Source: a virus (taxonomy: Duplodnaviria; Heunggongvirae; Uroviricota; Caudoviricetes). From it: a stretch of 11,870 nt of DNA. Under the pieces are notes generated by a model. It saw only the letters and a list, made by a program, of their open reading frames with translations. It did no database searches and was not told where the DNA came from. The DNA lies in the IMG/VR virus record IMGVR_UViG_2636415959_000004. The stretch is one strand, 5' to 3'. A program made the position numbers and the translations under genes. The stretch's first letter is position 1, and the number at the start of each line of letters is the position of its first letter. Shown piece by piece: positions 1 to 8,794 of the stretch.

Positions 1-258
1 ATGCAAACCGTTATTTTTGGTCGTTCGGGTTGCCCTTACTGTGTGCGTGCAAAAGATCTGGCTGAGAAATTGAGCAATGAACGCGATGATTTTCAGTATC
101 AGTATGTAGATATTCGTGCGGAAGGGATCACTAAAGAAGATCTACAACAAAAGGCAGGTAAACCCGTAGAAACCGTGCCGCAGATTTTTGTCGATCAGCA
201 ACATATCGGCGGCTATACCGATTTTGCTGCATGGGTGAAAGAAAATCTGGACGCCTGA
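1..258 (+). CDS. grxA: Glutaredoxin 1
   Basis: 85-aa ORF starting at base 1 with ATG; CPYC active-site motif (GCPYCVRAK) and overall sequence as I remember E. coli GrxA; convergent with the next gene as in the grxA-ybjM neighbourhood. Confidence 0.93.
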   Translation: MQTVIFGRSGCPYCVRAKDLAEKLSNERDDFQYQYVDIRAEGITKEDLQQKAGKPVETVPQIFVDQQHIGGYTDFAAWVKENLDA

Positions 259-267
259 TCGTCTGAC

Positions 268-300
268 AAGCCCTCGCGTTGAGGGCTTTACTGATTTTTT
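268..300. terminator. Hairpin between convergent grxA and ybjM, likely shared transcription terminator
   Basis: Inverted repeat AAGCCCTC (268-275) / GAGGGCTT (281-288) with 5-nt loop, followed on the plus strand by TACTGATTTTTT; overlaps the ybjM stop codon (288-290). Confidence 0.5.
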
Positions 301-665
301 CTGTGCTGTGGTTTAAACAAACTACTGATAAATAAGAAACACAGTGCCCCCAGCGCACACCAGAACACCGCGCTTAGTAACCATGCCAGCTCTTGCCAGA
401 ATGAGCGCGTCGGTGAAAAAAACAGCCGCATAATGAGCATCGAACAGGGTGCCGCCAGCATTGCGCCAAACAGAGGTTTCAGGACTTCTCTACGCTGTGA
501 AAAGAAGCTGGCGACTGCTCCAGGAAGAATGAAAAATAGCAAGCCGATTTCAGGATGCCCGGCAGCCCGAAAAGCGCCTTTCATGTGCGTCGCCAGAAAA
601 AGGCACACCACAATGAAGAGGACAAAACAGCAGATTGCCCCCGCCCAACGTTGTTTATGTTTCAC
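288..665 (-). CDS. ybjM: Small inner-membrane protein YbjM (125 aa)
   Basis: 125-aa hydrophobic ORF with GTG start at 665 preceded by a strong AGGAGGA Shine-Dalgarno about 5 nt upstream; size and position (between grxA and ybjL) match E. coli ybjM from memory. Confidence 0.8.
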   Translation of the reverse strand: MKHKQRWAGAICCFVLFIVVCLFLATHMKGAFRAAGHPEIGLLFFILPGAVASFFSQRREVLKPLFGAMLAAPCSMLIMRLFFSPTRSFWQELAWLLSAVFWCALGALCFLFISSLFKPQHRKNQ

Positions 666-934
666 TCGTTCCTCCTGACACTGCGTCTATCGAACACATT
701 TTTCGCCAGTGTGGCGTTCAGTAAGATAAAGCCGCTTCGCATTCCATGCTAATATAGGCCAACGCAATTCATATAGCCGTTGATACCTAATGTGATTACA
801 CTAGTAAAATATATTGTTACTTTACTATCGTTTAGGTGCGCTGAATGAATCTGCGCCCTGAATTCTGGTAAAAAACATTATCGTAAATTACCATTTCTTT
901 CAACAGCTTACTAGTAAACAAGAAGTTAGCCTCC

Positions 935-2620
935 GTGAATATAAACGTCGCCGAATTGTTAAATGGGAATTACATTCTGTTATTATTTGTGGTCCTCGCG
1001 CTTGGGCTATGTCTCGGAAAGTTACGACTTGGTTCGATCCAACTGGGTAATTCCATTGGCGTTTTAGTCGTATCGCTGTTATTAGGCCAACAACATTTCA
1101 GCATTAACACCGATGCGCTTAATCTTGGCTTTATGCTGTTTATTTTCTGCGTCGGGGTCGAAGCCGGACCGAACTTTTTTTCCATTTTTTTTCGCGATGG
1201 GAAAAATTACCTAATGTTAGCACTGGTGATGGTTGGCAGTGCGCTGGTGATCGCCTTAGGGTTAGGTAAGCTGTTTGGCTGGGATATTGGCCTGACGGCC
1301 GGTATGTTAGCAGGCTCTATGACGTCGACACCGGTTCTGGTCGGTGCTGGCGATACACTGCGTCATTCCGGCATGGAAAGCAGGCAGCTCTCACTGGCAC
1401 TGGATAATCTGAGCCTCGGGTATGCCTTAACCTATTTAATCGGTCTGGTGAGTTTGATTGTTGGTGCGCGTTACTTGCCGAAATTGCAGCATCAGGACTT
1501 ACAGACCAGCGCCCAGCAAATCGCCCGCGAACGTGGCCTGGACACTGATGCCAACCGTAAGGTTTATTTACCGGTGATCCGCGCCTATCGCGTCGGCCCG
1601 GAGCTGGTGGCCTGGACCGACGGCAAAAATCTGCGTGAACTGGGTATTTATCGACAAACCGGCTGCTACATTGAACGTATTCGACGTAACGGGATTCTGG
1701 CAAATCCAGACGGTGATGCCGTGCTACAAATGGGCGATGAAATAGCGTTGGTAGGCTATCCCGACGCCCATGCCCGACTCGATCCCAGCTTCCGTAACGG
1801 TAAAGAAGTTTTCGATCGTGACCTTCTCGACATGCGTATCGTCACTGAAGAAGTGGTCGTTAAAAACCATAACGCTGTAGGTAAACGTCTCGCACAACTG
1901 AAGTTGACCGATCACGGTTGCTTCCTTAACCGCGTCATTCGTAGCCAGATTGAGATGCCGATAGATGACAACGTCGTGCTTAACAAAGGTGACGTTTTAC
2001 AAGTCAGCGGTGATGCCCGTCGCGTAAAAACCATCGCCGATCGCATCGGCTTTATCTCGATTCACAGCCAGGTCACTGACCTGCTGGCATTTTGCGCCTT
2101 CTTTGTTATTGGGCTGATGATCGGGATGATCACCTTCCAGTTCAGCACATTCAGTTTCGGCATGGGGAACGCTGCCGGGTTGTTATTCGCCGGAATTATG
2201 CTGGGCTTTATGCGTGCTAACCACCCGACCTTCGGTTACATTCCGCAAGGTGCATTAAGCATGGTGAAAGAGTTCGGCTTGATGGTGTTTATGGCAGGCG
2301 TTGGTCTGAGCGCCGGTAGCGGTATTAATAACGGCCTGGGCGCGATTGGCGGTCAGATGTTGATTGCCGGATTAATTGTCAGTCTTGTGCCCGTGGTTAT
2401 CTGTTTCTTGTTCGGTGCTTATGTATTGCGAATGAACCGCGCACTGTTGTTCGGCGCAATGATGGGCGCACGCACCTGCGCGCCGGCAATGGAGATCATC
2501 AGTGATACAGCTCGCAGTAACATCCCTGCGCTGGGCTATGCGGGCACCTACGCAATCGCCAACGTCCTGCTGACGCTGGCAGGGACAATCATCGTCATGG
2601 TATGGCCAGGATTAGGATAA
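935..2620 (+). CDS. ybjL: Putative AAE-family transporter YbjL (561 aa) with two central RCK_C/TrkA-C-like domains
   Basis: 561-aa ORF with GTG start at 935; hydrophobic N- and C-terminal membrane domains flank a soluble middle region; length and N-terminus [17 protein letters not shown] match YbjL as I recall it; no obvious SD before the GTG. Confidence 0.9.
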
Positions 2621-2732
2621 AACTGAAGTTGCCCTGAAAATGAAATTTTTTTGCACAACCGCAGAACTTTTCCGCAGGGCATCAGTCTTAATTAGTGCCA
2701 CTGCTTTTCTTTGATGTCCCCATTTTGTGGAG

Positions 2733-2775
2733 CCCATCAACCCCGCCATTTCGGTTCAAGGTTGATGGGTTTTTT
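2733..2775 (+). terminator. Rho-independent terminator downstream of ybjL
   Basis: Stem CCCATCAACC (2733-2742) / GGTTGATGGG (2760-2769) followed by TTTTTT (2770-2775); the T-run is present only on the plus strand, so it terminates ybjL rather than ogr. Confidence 0.55.
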
Positions 2776-2855
2776 GTTGCCTGAAATTTATGCCGTTTAA
2801 AATCATGACGTTAGAAGCACTGTTTTTTAACGATGGCGACAAAATGGCGGCAGCG

Positions 2856-3074
2856 TCAAAGAGAGAGCGCCACCTGTCCTGATTTCATTGGATGCGGCTG
2901 AACCGGATTTGACTCTTTTGGCGTTGCAATCGAACGAACAAAAGTTTCATGGGTTACAAAAGTATGGCTGCAGTTAATATTCTGGCACTGGTTGTAACGC
3001 TCTTTGGTCAATGAAGATACCTGAAAACTGCTGCGAGTATGGGCGGCACTTCCACACAGTGGGCAAATCATCAT
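2856..3074 (-). CDS. ogr: Ogr/Delta-family zinc-finger late-gene transcription activator (72 aa)
   Basis: CPLC...CQNINC four-cysteine zinc-finger pattern and overall resemblance to P2 Ogr / 186 B; ATG at 3074 is preceded by GGGGAGA at the right spacing, and the tracked start at 3107 would place that SD inside the coding sequence. Confidence 0.85.
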   Translation of the reverse strand: MMICPLCGSAAHTRSSFQVSSLTKERYNQCQNINCSHTFVTHETFVRSIATPKESNPVQPHPMKSGQVALSL

Positions 3075-3104
3075 TTTTCGAGTTCTCCCCATTTTTGCTA
3101 AATT

Positions 3105-3140
3105 CACAATAATGATACCGCATTATTCCATTTTGCAAAC
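3105..3140 (-). promoter_or_regulatory. Candidate sigma70 promoter for ogr
   Basis: On the minus strand TTGCAA (3138-3133) and TATCAT (3117-3112) with a 15-nt spacer (alternative -10 TCATTA at 18 nt), upstream of the ogr SD, in the D-ogr intergenic region. Spacing is suboptimal; motif match only. Confidence 0.3.
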
Positions 3141-3164
3141 TTAAAAGTTCTCCATTGCGAAGAA

Positions 3165-4265
3165 TCATTCCATTTCGAAATCATCAATCCTCACTTCAAG
3201 CTCCAGACTGGTCGTAAAACCGTTATCCGAGCTGACGGTATGTGTCAGAGTCGTAATGGTCCATTCCGCATCATCTATCGGCTGTTTAAAACCACTGACC
3301 TTCACAGGCATTTCCGTGTAGAGATCTGCCCGCCCTTCTGCCAGTTGTAGCGAGAATGACGCAACGCCGCGTTGCAGGCGTTCCCACTGCATTTTCGCCG
3401 CTCGTTCGGCGTTGCTCCGGTTGGCATAAGTGCGATTAAGTACCAGCACGTTTTCATCCGTACCCACCAGGTAATCGCCCTGCTTCGCTTCCGGCTCTTT
3501 CTTCTGCTTCTTAGTTCTGCGCTTACGCTTCACCGTGGTGCTTTCTTTCTTCGCAGGTTCGCGGGTATGCAACCAGCTGGCAATTACGCCCGTGTAAGCT
3601 CCGCGATCTGCCAGGGTAAATCGGTGACTGTCGCCGTCCTTGCGTGTGATAGTGATCACTGGCAGTGGTTTACCAGTGGCGCTTTTGCCCTGTCCCTGCC
3701 GAATGAATAACAGATTGCCATTTTTCACCGACGCAATAGCACCGTACTGGCGCGCCAGCCGCATCAGAAAACTGCCGTCACTCTCATTAGTCTGGTCTAT
3801 ATGTTCCACGGGCTTATCCGACAGGTCTTTACCCAGTGCCATCTTCAGCTTGTGACGCGCGGCTATTTCCTTCACCACTTCCCCAACTGTGGTCTTGTGC
3901 CACGATTTTTCACGGCGGGTATTCAGCGTTTCCCGAAAATCAGCACTTCGCGCCCGGATAGTCAGGCGGTCCGGTGCGCCAGTGTGTTCAATCTCGTCCA
4001 CTGTGAATGCCCCTTTCGGGAAAAGCGGCTGCCCCTTCCAGCCTAGCGCCAGCGTAATGACCGCACCACGGCGCGGCAGCGCTATTTTTCCATCGGCGTC
4101 ATCCAGCTCCAGATCAAGCTGGTCCGCTTCAAAGCCCCGGTTATCCGTCAGCGTCAGACTCATCAGGCGGTTATCCAGCACAGTGGTGATATCCCTGCCC
4201 TCAATACTGATACTGAATGCCGGAGTTTTGTTGCCTTTGTTAAGCAGCTCAGAGCTGAAATTCAC
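3165..4265 (-). CDS. D: Phage tail protein D (late control gene D family), 366 aa
   Basis: Resembles P2 gpD as I recall it and sits in the conserved T-U-D-ogr order; GTG start at 4265 overlaps the U stop (GTGA), suggesting translational coupling. Confidence 0.88.
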   Translation of the reverse strand: MNFSSELLNKGNKTPAFSISIEGRDITTVLDNRLMSLTLTDNRGFEADQLDLELDDADGKIALPRRGAVITLALGWKGQPLFPKGAFTVDEIEHTGAPDRLTIRARSADFRETLNTRREKSWHKTTVGEVVKEIAARHKLKMALGKDLSDKPVEHIDQTNESDGSFLMRLARQYGAIASVKNGNLLFIRQGQGKSATGKPLPVITITRKDGDSHRFTLADRGAYTGVIASWLHTREPAKKESTTVKRKRRTKKQKKEPEAKQGDYLVGTDENVLVLNRTYANRSNAERAAKMQWERLQRGVASFSLQLAEGRADLYTEMPVKVSGFKQPIDDAEWTITTLTHTVSSDNGFTTSLELEVRIDDFEME

Positions 4266-4747
4266 GACAGCAGCCCTCCCACCGTTTTACTGATATCGCT
4301 TAAGGCAGATGTTGCCGTTTCCTGCAGATTATTCAGTTGCGCACTGAGATCACCGAACATATCGGACAGGGATTCATCCACCCGTTTGAGCGACAGGGTG
4401 AACTCAATCCGGCGCGGCATACCGTCGCGGAAAAACTCCGTTTTAGTCTGATTCAGTCCCTCAATCACATACATGCCGTAAATCGTGCCGCTACCTTCAA
4501 TCAGGGGCCATGCTTTCCCCTGTTCTGCCATCTGCTCCAGAGCCAGCAACGACAGCCTGCCGCCTGTTATCTCCGGCATAAGAACACCGGAAAGCGTCAG
4601 CATGTCGTTGTCCGGTCCCAGAAACTGCGTGGACGGACGACGGTTTACCCGACTGTTTGCCGCATGTCGCCAGCTACGTTGATACTGCAGTTCCTGATAC
4701 GGCACGGTGCGCAGCATAAACACATACAATCCCAGTACCATCATCAT
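4262..4747 (-). CDS. U: Phage tail protein U (161 aa)
   Basis: N-terminus MMMVLGLYVFMLRTVPYQ and length match P2 gpU from memory; ATG start overlaps the T stop (ATGA). Confidence 0.88.
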   Translation of the reverse strand: MMMVLGLYVFMLRTVPYQELQYQRSWRHAANSRVNRRPSTQFLGPDNDMLTLSGVLMPEITGGRLSLLALEQMAEQGKAWPLIEGSGTIYGMYVIEGLNQTKTEFFRDGMPRRIEFTLSLKRVDESLSDMFGDLSAQLNNLQETATSALSDISKTVGGLLS

Positions 4748-7626
4748 GCGTCGTATCCCCCCTGATCGCTGTAGTTACTCCTGGCCTTTGCCTTCATCCT
4801 GCGTTCACGTTCATCAAGCTGGCGTGCCACCTCCCGCGCAATATCCTGCGCACTTTGTCCTGGCTGCGTCTGAATGATGATCTGCGTCGGTGCCTCAATC
4901 CGGTGAACGGGCGGCACAGTGGCTGCACGACTCATCATCGCTTCGCCGCCTTTCGCGGGAAGTGCCAAAGGATGCAACGGTGGAAGCTCTGCAGGCGCGG
5001 CAGCAACGCCCATCATTCCGGCAACAACGGCAGCCAGTGCAGCTGTATTTCTCCGGCTGGTCACATTTACCGGGCCGTTAACAATTTCCGGCCCGTTTTC
5101 ACCGACGATGCCAAACTGCCCGCGCGGGATATAGCCGCCGCTGTCATACATCCCCGCAAAGCCATATCCCCATGACGGAAAACCACCCGATGGCATCATC
5201 ACTTTACCGTCTGCATTCACCGTCGCAGGTTGCTGACGCGTCACTCTTTCCGGCAGTTTCGCCTTTGCAGCCTCTTTACTGACAATGCCGAGTTTCTCCA
5301 GCAACCAGGAAACGCCGGATTTCAGGGAGTCCAGCGGATGCATGACCATATTCAGCCCTTCCGCCAGTGCCTCCCCGAATCGTCGCCCCATTGCCGCTGC
5401 GCTCTGCAGTTCGGCAGAGGTCGACTTAACGGGCGTCAGCAGATCAGTAAACCAGCCCCACAGCGCCTGTACTTTGTCGCCAATCCACTGGAACACTGGC
5501 TTAAGCGGTTCGAATGCTGCACTGACGGGACCTGCCGCCGCTTTGAATCCTTCCACCACGCCACCAAGAAATGCGGTGATGGGTTGCCAGTATTTCCAGA
5601 CAACCAGCGCCACGCCCGCCAGTGCAGTAACCACAAGACCTATCGGACTGAGCAGAGCACCTAACAGACCAGATACGGCATACAGGGCAACGCGCAGCAT
5701 CGCCAGTGGACCAGATGCCAGTATTCGCAGCACCGTGCCTGCGGAGGCCAGTCCACCGCGCAGTACCGCCAGAGGATTCATAAACATCACAGCAACAGCA
5801 CGTAAACCGGATAATCCAGACCGCAAAAGTGCAACCGGCGCACCTGCTACAGTTTTCAGGACATTTCCCGTCAGTGATGCCGTGCGGCGCAAAGACGACA
5901 ACGGCGCAGTAAGTAAACCTGCGGCGTTGCCCGATGAAGCAAGCCCGCGTCGCAGCAGTGCAAGTGGTGCGCCAGCCAACCAGGACAACGCGCTGCTGGT
6001 TCGCGTTACTGCTGCCGTAACGGAAGGTAACGTTTTGATACCCAGCACAGAGAATCCCAGACGGATGACTGCCAGCGGCCCCAGCACAGCAGCCAACACC
6101 ACAGCCAGGGTGCCGAGGCCCACAGTAACAGCAGCCACAACCGCTGCTACTTTCATCAGTGTGCCCGTCAGTTCAGGGTTAGCTTCCACCCAGCAACGCA
6201 ACGCCCCCGTGATGCTTTTCACCGTGTACAGAATATCCATCAGCGGCTGGCGCAGCGTTTCGCCCAGGCTGCTGAAGGTGTTCTGCGCTCCGGTTTTGAC
6301 CAGCAACCACTGCGCAGAAAGTGAGTCCTTGTTAATGTCGGATTCTTTCTGCATCGAACCGAGCGCATCATTGCCCGCTGTCAGTTTTAGCTGGCGCTGC
6401 AGTTCCGGCAGGTTGTTTGCCAGTTTCGCCGCATCATCGCCAAACTCTTTACCAAACAACATGGTCATGGCAGACAGGCGCTTATCCTGCGGCAGTGCAT
6501 TCACCTTCTCCAGTACGCGCTGGATAGTTCCCATCGCATCCTTCGTCATCTGCTTTTCAATCACTTCAGGATTGAGTTTCAGCAGATTCATTCCTTCAAA
6601 GAAACTCTTGCTTTGCATGGTCGCAATGGACAATTCACGCACCATCGCGTTGGCAGCACTGGCAGCGACCTCCGGCGCAGCACCCAGTGTCAGGAAGGTG
6701 GAACCCAGCGCCGCCGCTTTACGATAATCCAGACGATCAGCCACACCGCCCAGGCGTTGCATGACATCAATGATGTCTGCCCCTTTCGACATAGCGTTAT
6801 CATCCAGATAGTTCAGCGCATCACCGAGCTGTTCAATATTGCGGGTTGGTATTTTGTAGAGCTGGGCGATTTTCCCCAGACTTTCTGACAGTTCATCCGC
6901 TGGCAGCTCAAAGGCTGTTGCCGCCTTTGCTGCCGTACTGGCGAAGGCCAGCAGGTCACGTTTCTGGTCCTCCCAGCTGTCGTCAGGGTTTGCCACATTC
7001 ATGCGCGCACCACCTTCAACCAGTGCGGCGAAGTCCACAGCACCGTTTTCCATTGGCAGCTGTTCACTGGCAGCTTTGATGGCATCCTGCATTTCGTAAA
7101 AACGCGCAGTGCGGTTGCCATTATCGTCACGCAGACCATTGACCTGCTTTGCCACACCTTTCATGGCATCTTCCATGCTGGTATAGCTTTTTACCGCCGC
7201 CATCACTGGCGCGCCCATTGCCAGCCCTGCAGCCGTGGTGGTGGCTCCGGCTCCTGCGATGCGATCGCGCACTTCAAGCCGTCTTGAGTATTGTTCTCTG
7301 GCAGCGTTCATCCGTGCCTGTTGTTCACCCAGACGTTTAAGTGCTTTTTGCTGGCCCTCCAGTGCCTGACGAGTTTCTTCGGCATTTTTCTTAAGTTCTC
7401 GCTGGGCACTACTGAGTTGTCTGGTATCAATCCCTGATTCTTTAAGTGCCTGACGTTGTCTCTGGACCGCCCCCAACAAGCCGTTATAGGTCTGCTGAAG
7501 TTCCTGTACCCGGCTGATGGCCCAGCGGGCGTCACGCCACAAATCACCGCTGGCTTCTGCCAGTTCCTCGCCTCGCTTCACACCGGATGCCGTGGCGTCA
7601 TAGTCCTGGTATCGTTCGTTGAGCAT
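4744..7626 (-). CDS. T: Phage tail tape measure protein (about 960 aa from ATG 7626; the tracked ORF uses TTG at 7671)
   Basis: Very long ORF directly upstream of U with coiled-coil-like N-terminal half, a hydrophobic glycine/alanine-rich central region with degenerate tandem repeats (GAPxALLRxGL-like) and a C-terminal GYIPRGQFGIVGENGPEIV motif typical of tape measure proteins. The 5' end is uncertain because an in-frame stop lies 2 codons upstream of the TTG and the region abuts a rearrangement junction. Confidence 0.85.
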   Translation of the reverse strand: MLNERYQDYDATASGVKRGEELAEASGDLWRDARWAISRVQELQQTYNGLLGAVQRQRQALKESGIDTRQLSSAQRELKKNAEETRQALEGQQKALKRLGEQQARMNAAREQYSRRLEVRDRIAGAGATTTAAGLAMGAPVMAAVKSYTSMEDAMKGVAKQVNGLRDDNGNRTARFYEMQDAIKAASEQLPMENGAVDFAALVEGGARMNVANPDDSWEDQKRDLLAFASTAAKAATAFELPADELSESLGKIAQLYKIPTRNIEQLGDALNYLDDNAMSKGADIIDVMQRLGGVADRLDYRKAAALGSTFLTLGAAPEVAASAANAMVRELSIATMQSKSFFEGMNLLKLNPEVIEKQMTKDAMGTIQRVLEKVNALPQDKRLSAMTMLFGKEFGDDAAKLANNLPELQRQLKLTAGNDALGSMQKESDINKDSLSAQWLLVKTGAQNTFSSLGETLRQPLMDILYTVKSITGALRCWVEANPELTGTLMKVAAVVAAVTVGLGTLAVVLAAVLGPLAVIRLGFSVLGIKTLPSVTAAVTRTSSALSWLAGAPLALLRRGLASSGNAAGLLTAPLSSLRRTASLTGNVLKTVAGAPVALLRSGLSGLRAVAVMFMNPLAVLRGGLASAGTVLRILASGPLAMLRVALYAVSGLLGALLSPIGLVVTALAGVALVVWKYWQPITAFLGGVVEGFKAAAGPVSAAFEPLKPVFQWIGDKVQALWGWFTDLLTPVKSTSAELQSAAAMGRRFGEALAEGLNMVMHPLDSLKSGVSWLLEKLGIVSKEAAKAKLPERVTRQQPATVNADGKVMMPSGGFPSWGYGFAGMYDSGGYIPRGQFGIVGENGPEIVNGPVNVTSRRNTAALAAVVAGMMGVAAAPAELPPLHPLALPAKGGEAMMSRAATVPPVHRIEAPTQIIIQTQPGQSAQDIAREVARQLDERERRMKAKARSNYSDQGGYDA

Positions 7627-7772
7627 GGCGCGTGCCCAGCAGTAAACCGCCTTTAACGAACTGGTGGACAAGCTGAGTCATGAAGACAGCCGCCAGGACT
7701 ACCGCCAGCGTGCAACAGGCGGTAACGCCCCCGCTGACACTCTGACCAATTGCTGATGGAGCACAAAACCCG

Positions 7773-8128
7773 ATGAAGAAGAATACCCGCTTTGCTTTTA
7801 ACGCTTACCTGCAGCAGCTGGCGCGTCTGAACGGTGTGGCAGTTGAAGAACTGTCCAGCAAGTTCACCGTGGAGCCGTCTGTGCAGCAGACGCTGGAAGA
7901 CCAGATCCAGCAATCCGCCGCATTCCTGACGCTGATTAACGTCACGCCAGTGACTGAGCAGTCCGGTCAGTTGCTGGGGCTGGGTGTTGGCAGCACCATT
8001 GCCGGAACCACTGATACCACCGCAAAAGAGCGTGAGCCTGTCGATCCGACGCTGATGGTCGATGTGGAATATAAATGTGAGCAGACCAACTTTGACACGG
8101 TGCTGACCTACGCGAAGCTGGACCTGTG
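7773..8128 (+). pseudogene. Truncated 5' fragment of a P2-type major capsid gene (gpN family), about 118 codons
   Basis: First ~118 residues (MKKNTRFAFNAYL...FTVEPSV...YKCEQTNFD...LDL) align with the P2 gpN N-terminus as I remember it; similarity stops near 8128 and the frame then runs antisense to a minus-strand ORF. Orientation is opposite to the tail genes, so the fragment is inverted. GGAG lies 11 nt upstream of the ATG. Confidence 0.72.
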
Positions 8129-8151
8129 TACGAGATCCATTGCATCAGCCA

Positions 8152-8391
8152 TCAGTGGATCTCCTGCGCTTCGTTCTGGATTGCTTCAGCAGTCACACGC
8201 AGCAGTTCTGCCGCTTCGACGTGGTTTAGCTGGCGGGAGGTGATATGACACGCCAGGCTATCGAGGCGAGCAGCCATTGCTTCAGCCCTTGCCCGGCGTT
8301 CTTCCAGACGAGCCTCTGTCAGTAAAAGATTAAGACCTGCATCATCCGGTCCGGTTTTGGTCGTGAGGGTTTCAATATTACGCATAAGCAA
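8152..8391 (-). CDS. Hypothetical small early-region protein (79 aa)
   Basis: ATG at 8391 preceded by AGGAG about 7 nt upstream; charged, probably helical protein; no family recognised; its stop lies about 25 bp from the capsid-fragment junction. Confidence 0.45.
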   Translation of the reverse strand: MLMRNIETLTTKTGPDDAGLNLLLTEARLEERRARAEAMAARLDSLACHITSRQLNHVEAAELLRVTAEAIQNEAQEIH

Positions 8392-8452
8392 TTCTCCTGA
8401 ATTTAGATAAAGGGATGCCCGGCGGGTTTACGCCATTAATTTCATTAGTTGG

Positions 8453-8794
8453 TTAATTCGGCATGGTTAGCCGTCTGGGAAATAAGCTCACCACTGCACG
8501 AAAATGATTCATTGCTTTAATCAACTCCCGCTTTTCGTCAGTGGTCAGCTCATTAATGCTGATGCTATGACGTTCAGCTGGAATTTTTGCCATAAAGAAT
8601 ATGGCAGCCAGTGCCCGTTTATTTTGTTCATTATTGATATCCCGAGGATCACGCATATCTTTAATAAACCGCTCAAGCTCTGACTCAATATTCAAACCAA
8701 AAACTTTCGCCCTTAACTCCGCAATATGATTAAGTCCATTCAGGCGTTCACCGGGTCTTAATGGAACAGTCGCCGCAGCGCCTTCAATAGCCAT
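8453..8794 (-). CDS. Hypothetical early-region protein (113 aa)
   Basis: ATG at 8794 preceded by GGGGGA; its start overlaps the upstream small ORF by 37 nt, a phage-like arrangement; no family recognised; occupies the post-cII position where 186 carries host-takeover genes such as fil and dhr (positional analogy only). Confidence 0.5.
   Translation of the reverse strand: MAIEGAAATVPLRPGERLNGLNHIAELRAKVFGLNIESELERFIKDMRDPRDINNEQNKRALAAIFFMAKIPAERHSISINELTTDEKRELIKAMNHFRAVVSLFPRRLTMPN

Noticed and set aside
433-752. Plus-strand ORFs of 81 and 65 aa overlapping ybjM
   Set aside because: Antisense to, or overlapping, the conserved membrane protein gene ybjM and its promoter region; no RBS support.
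970-1915. Minus-strand ORFs of 63-128 aa inside ybjL
   Set aside because: Embedded antisense in the well-supported ybjL coding sequence.
2630-2681. Long-range inverted repeat TGCCCTG ... CAGGGCA and direct repeat CCGCAG x2 just downstream of ybjL
   Set aside because: Short 7-bp arms separated by 38 nt, not followed by a T-run and unlike a REP element or known RNA motif; likely chance or a weak 3'-UTR structure.
2974-3168. 64-aa minus-strand ORF spanning the D-ogr spacer and the ogr 5' end, and the N-terminal extension of ogr to 3107
   Set aside because: The GGGGAGA Shine-Dalgarno for ogr lies inside these frames and ogr-family proteins are about 72 aa; the region is better explained as the ogr promoter and leader.
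3372-4293. Plus-strand ORFs of 71-134 aa opposite genes D and U
   Set aside because: Fully embedded antisense to confidently assigned tail genes D and U; products are low-complexity with no motifs.
5285-6727. 480-aa plus-strand ORF, with several shorter ones between 4855 and 7656, opposite the tape measure gene
   Set aside because: Antisense to a long, GC-rich, repeat-containing gene with strong family features; the products are low-complexity (Ser/Pro/Thr/Ala/Arg-rich), with no RBS or family resemblance; a typical stop-codon-poor antisense frame.
7653-7913. 86-aa minus-strand ORF opposite the capsid fragment, plus minus-strand ORF 7942-8145
   Set aside because: Antisense to the recognisable gpN-like reading frame; no RBS or family features.
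7773-8243. Tracked 156-aa plus-strand ORF taken as an intact gene
   Set aside because: Only the first ~118 codons resemble capsid protein; the rest is read-through, antisense to the 79-aa early ORF; intact gpN-type capsid proteins are about 350 aa, so this is a truncated pseudogene.
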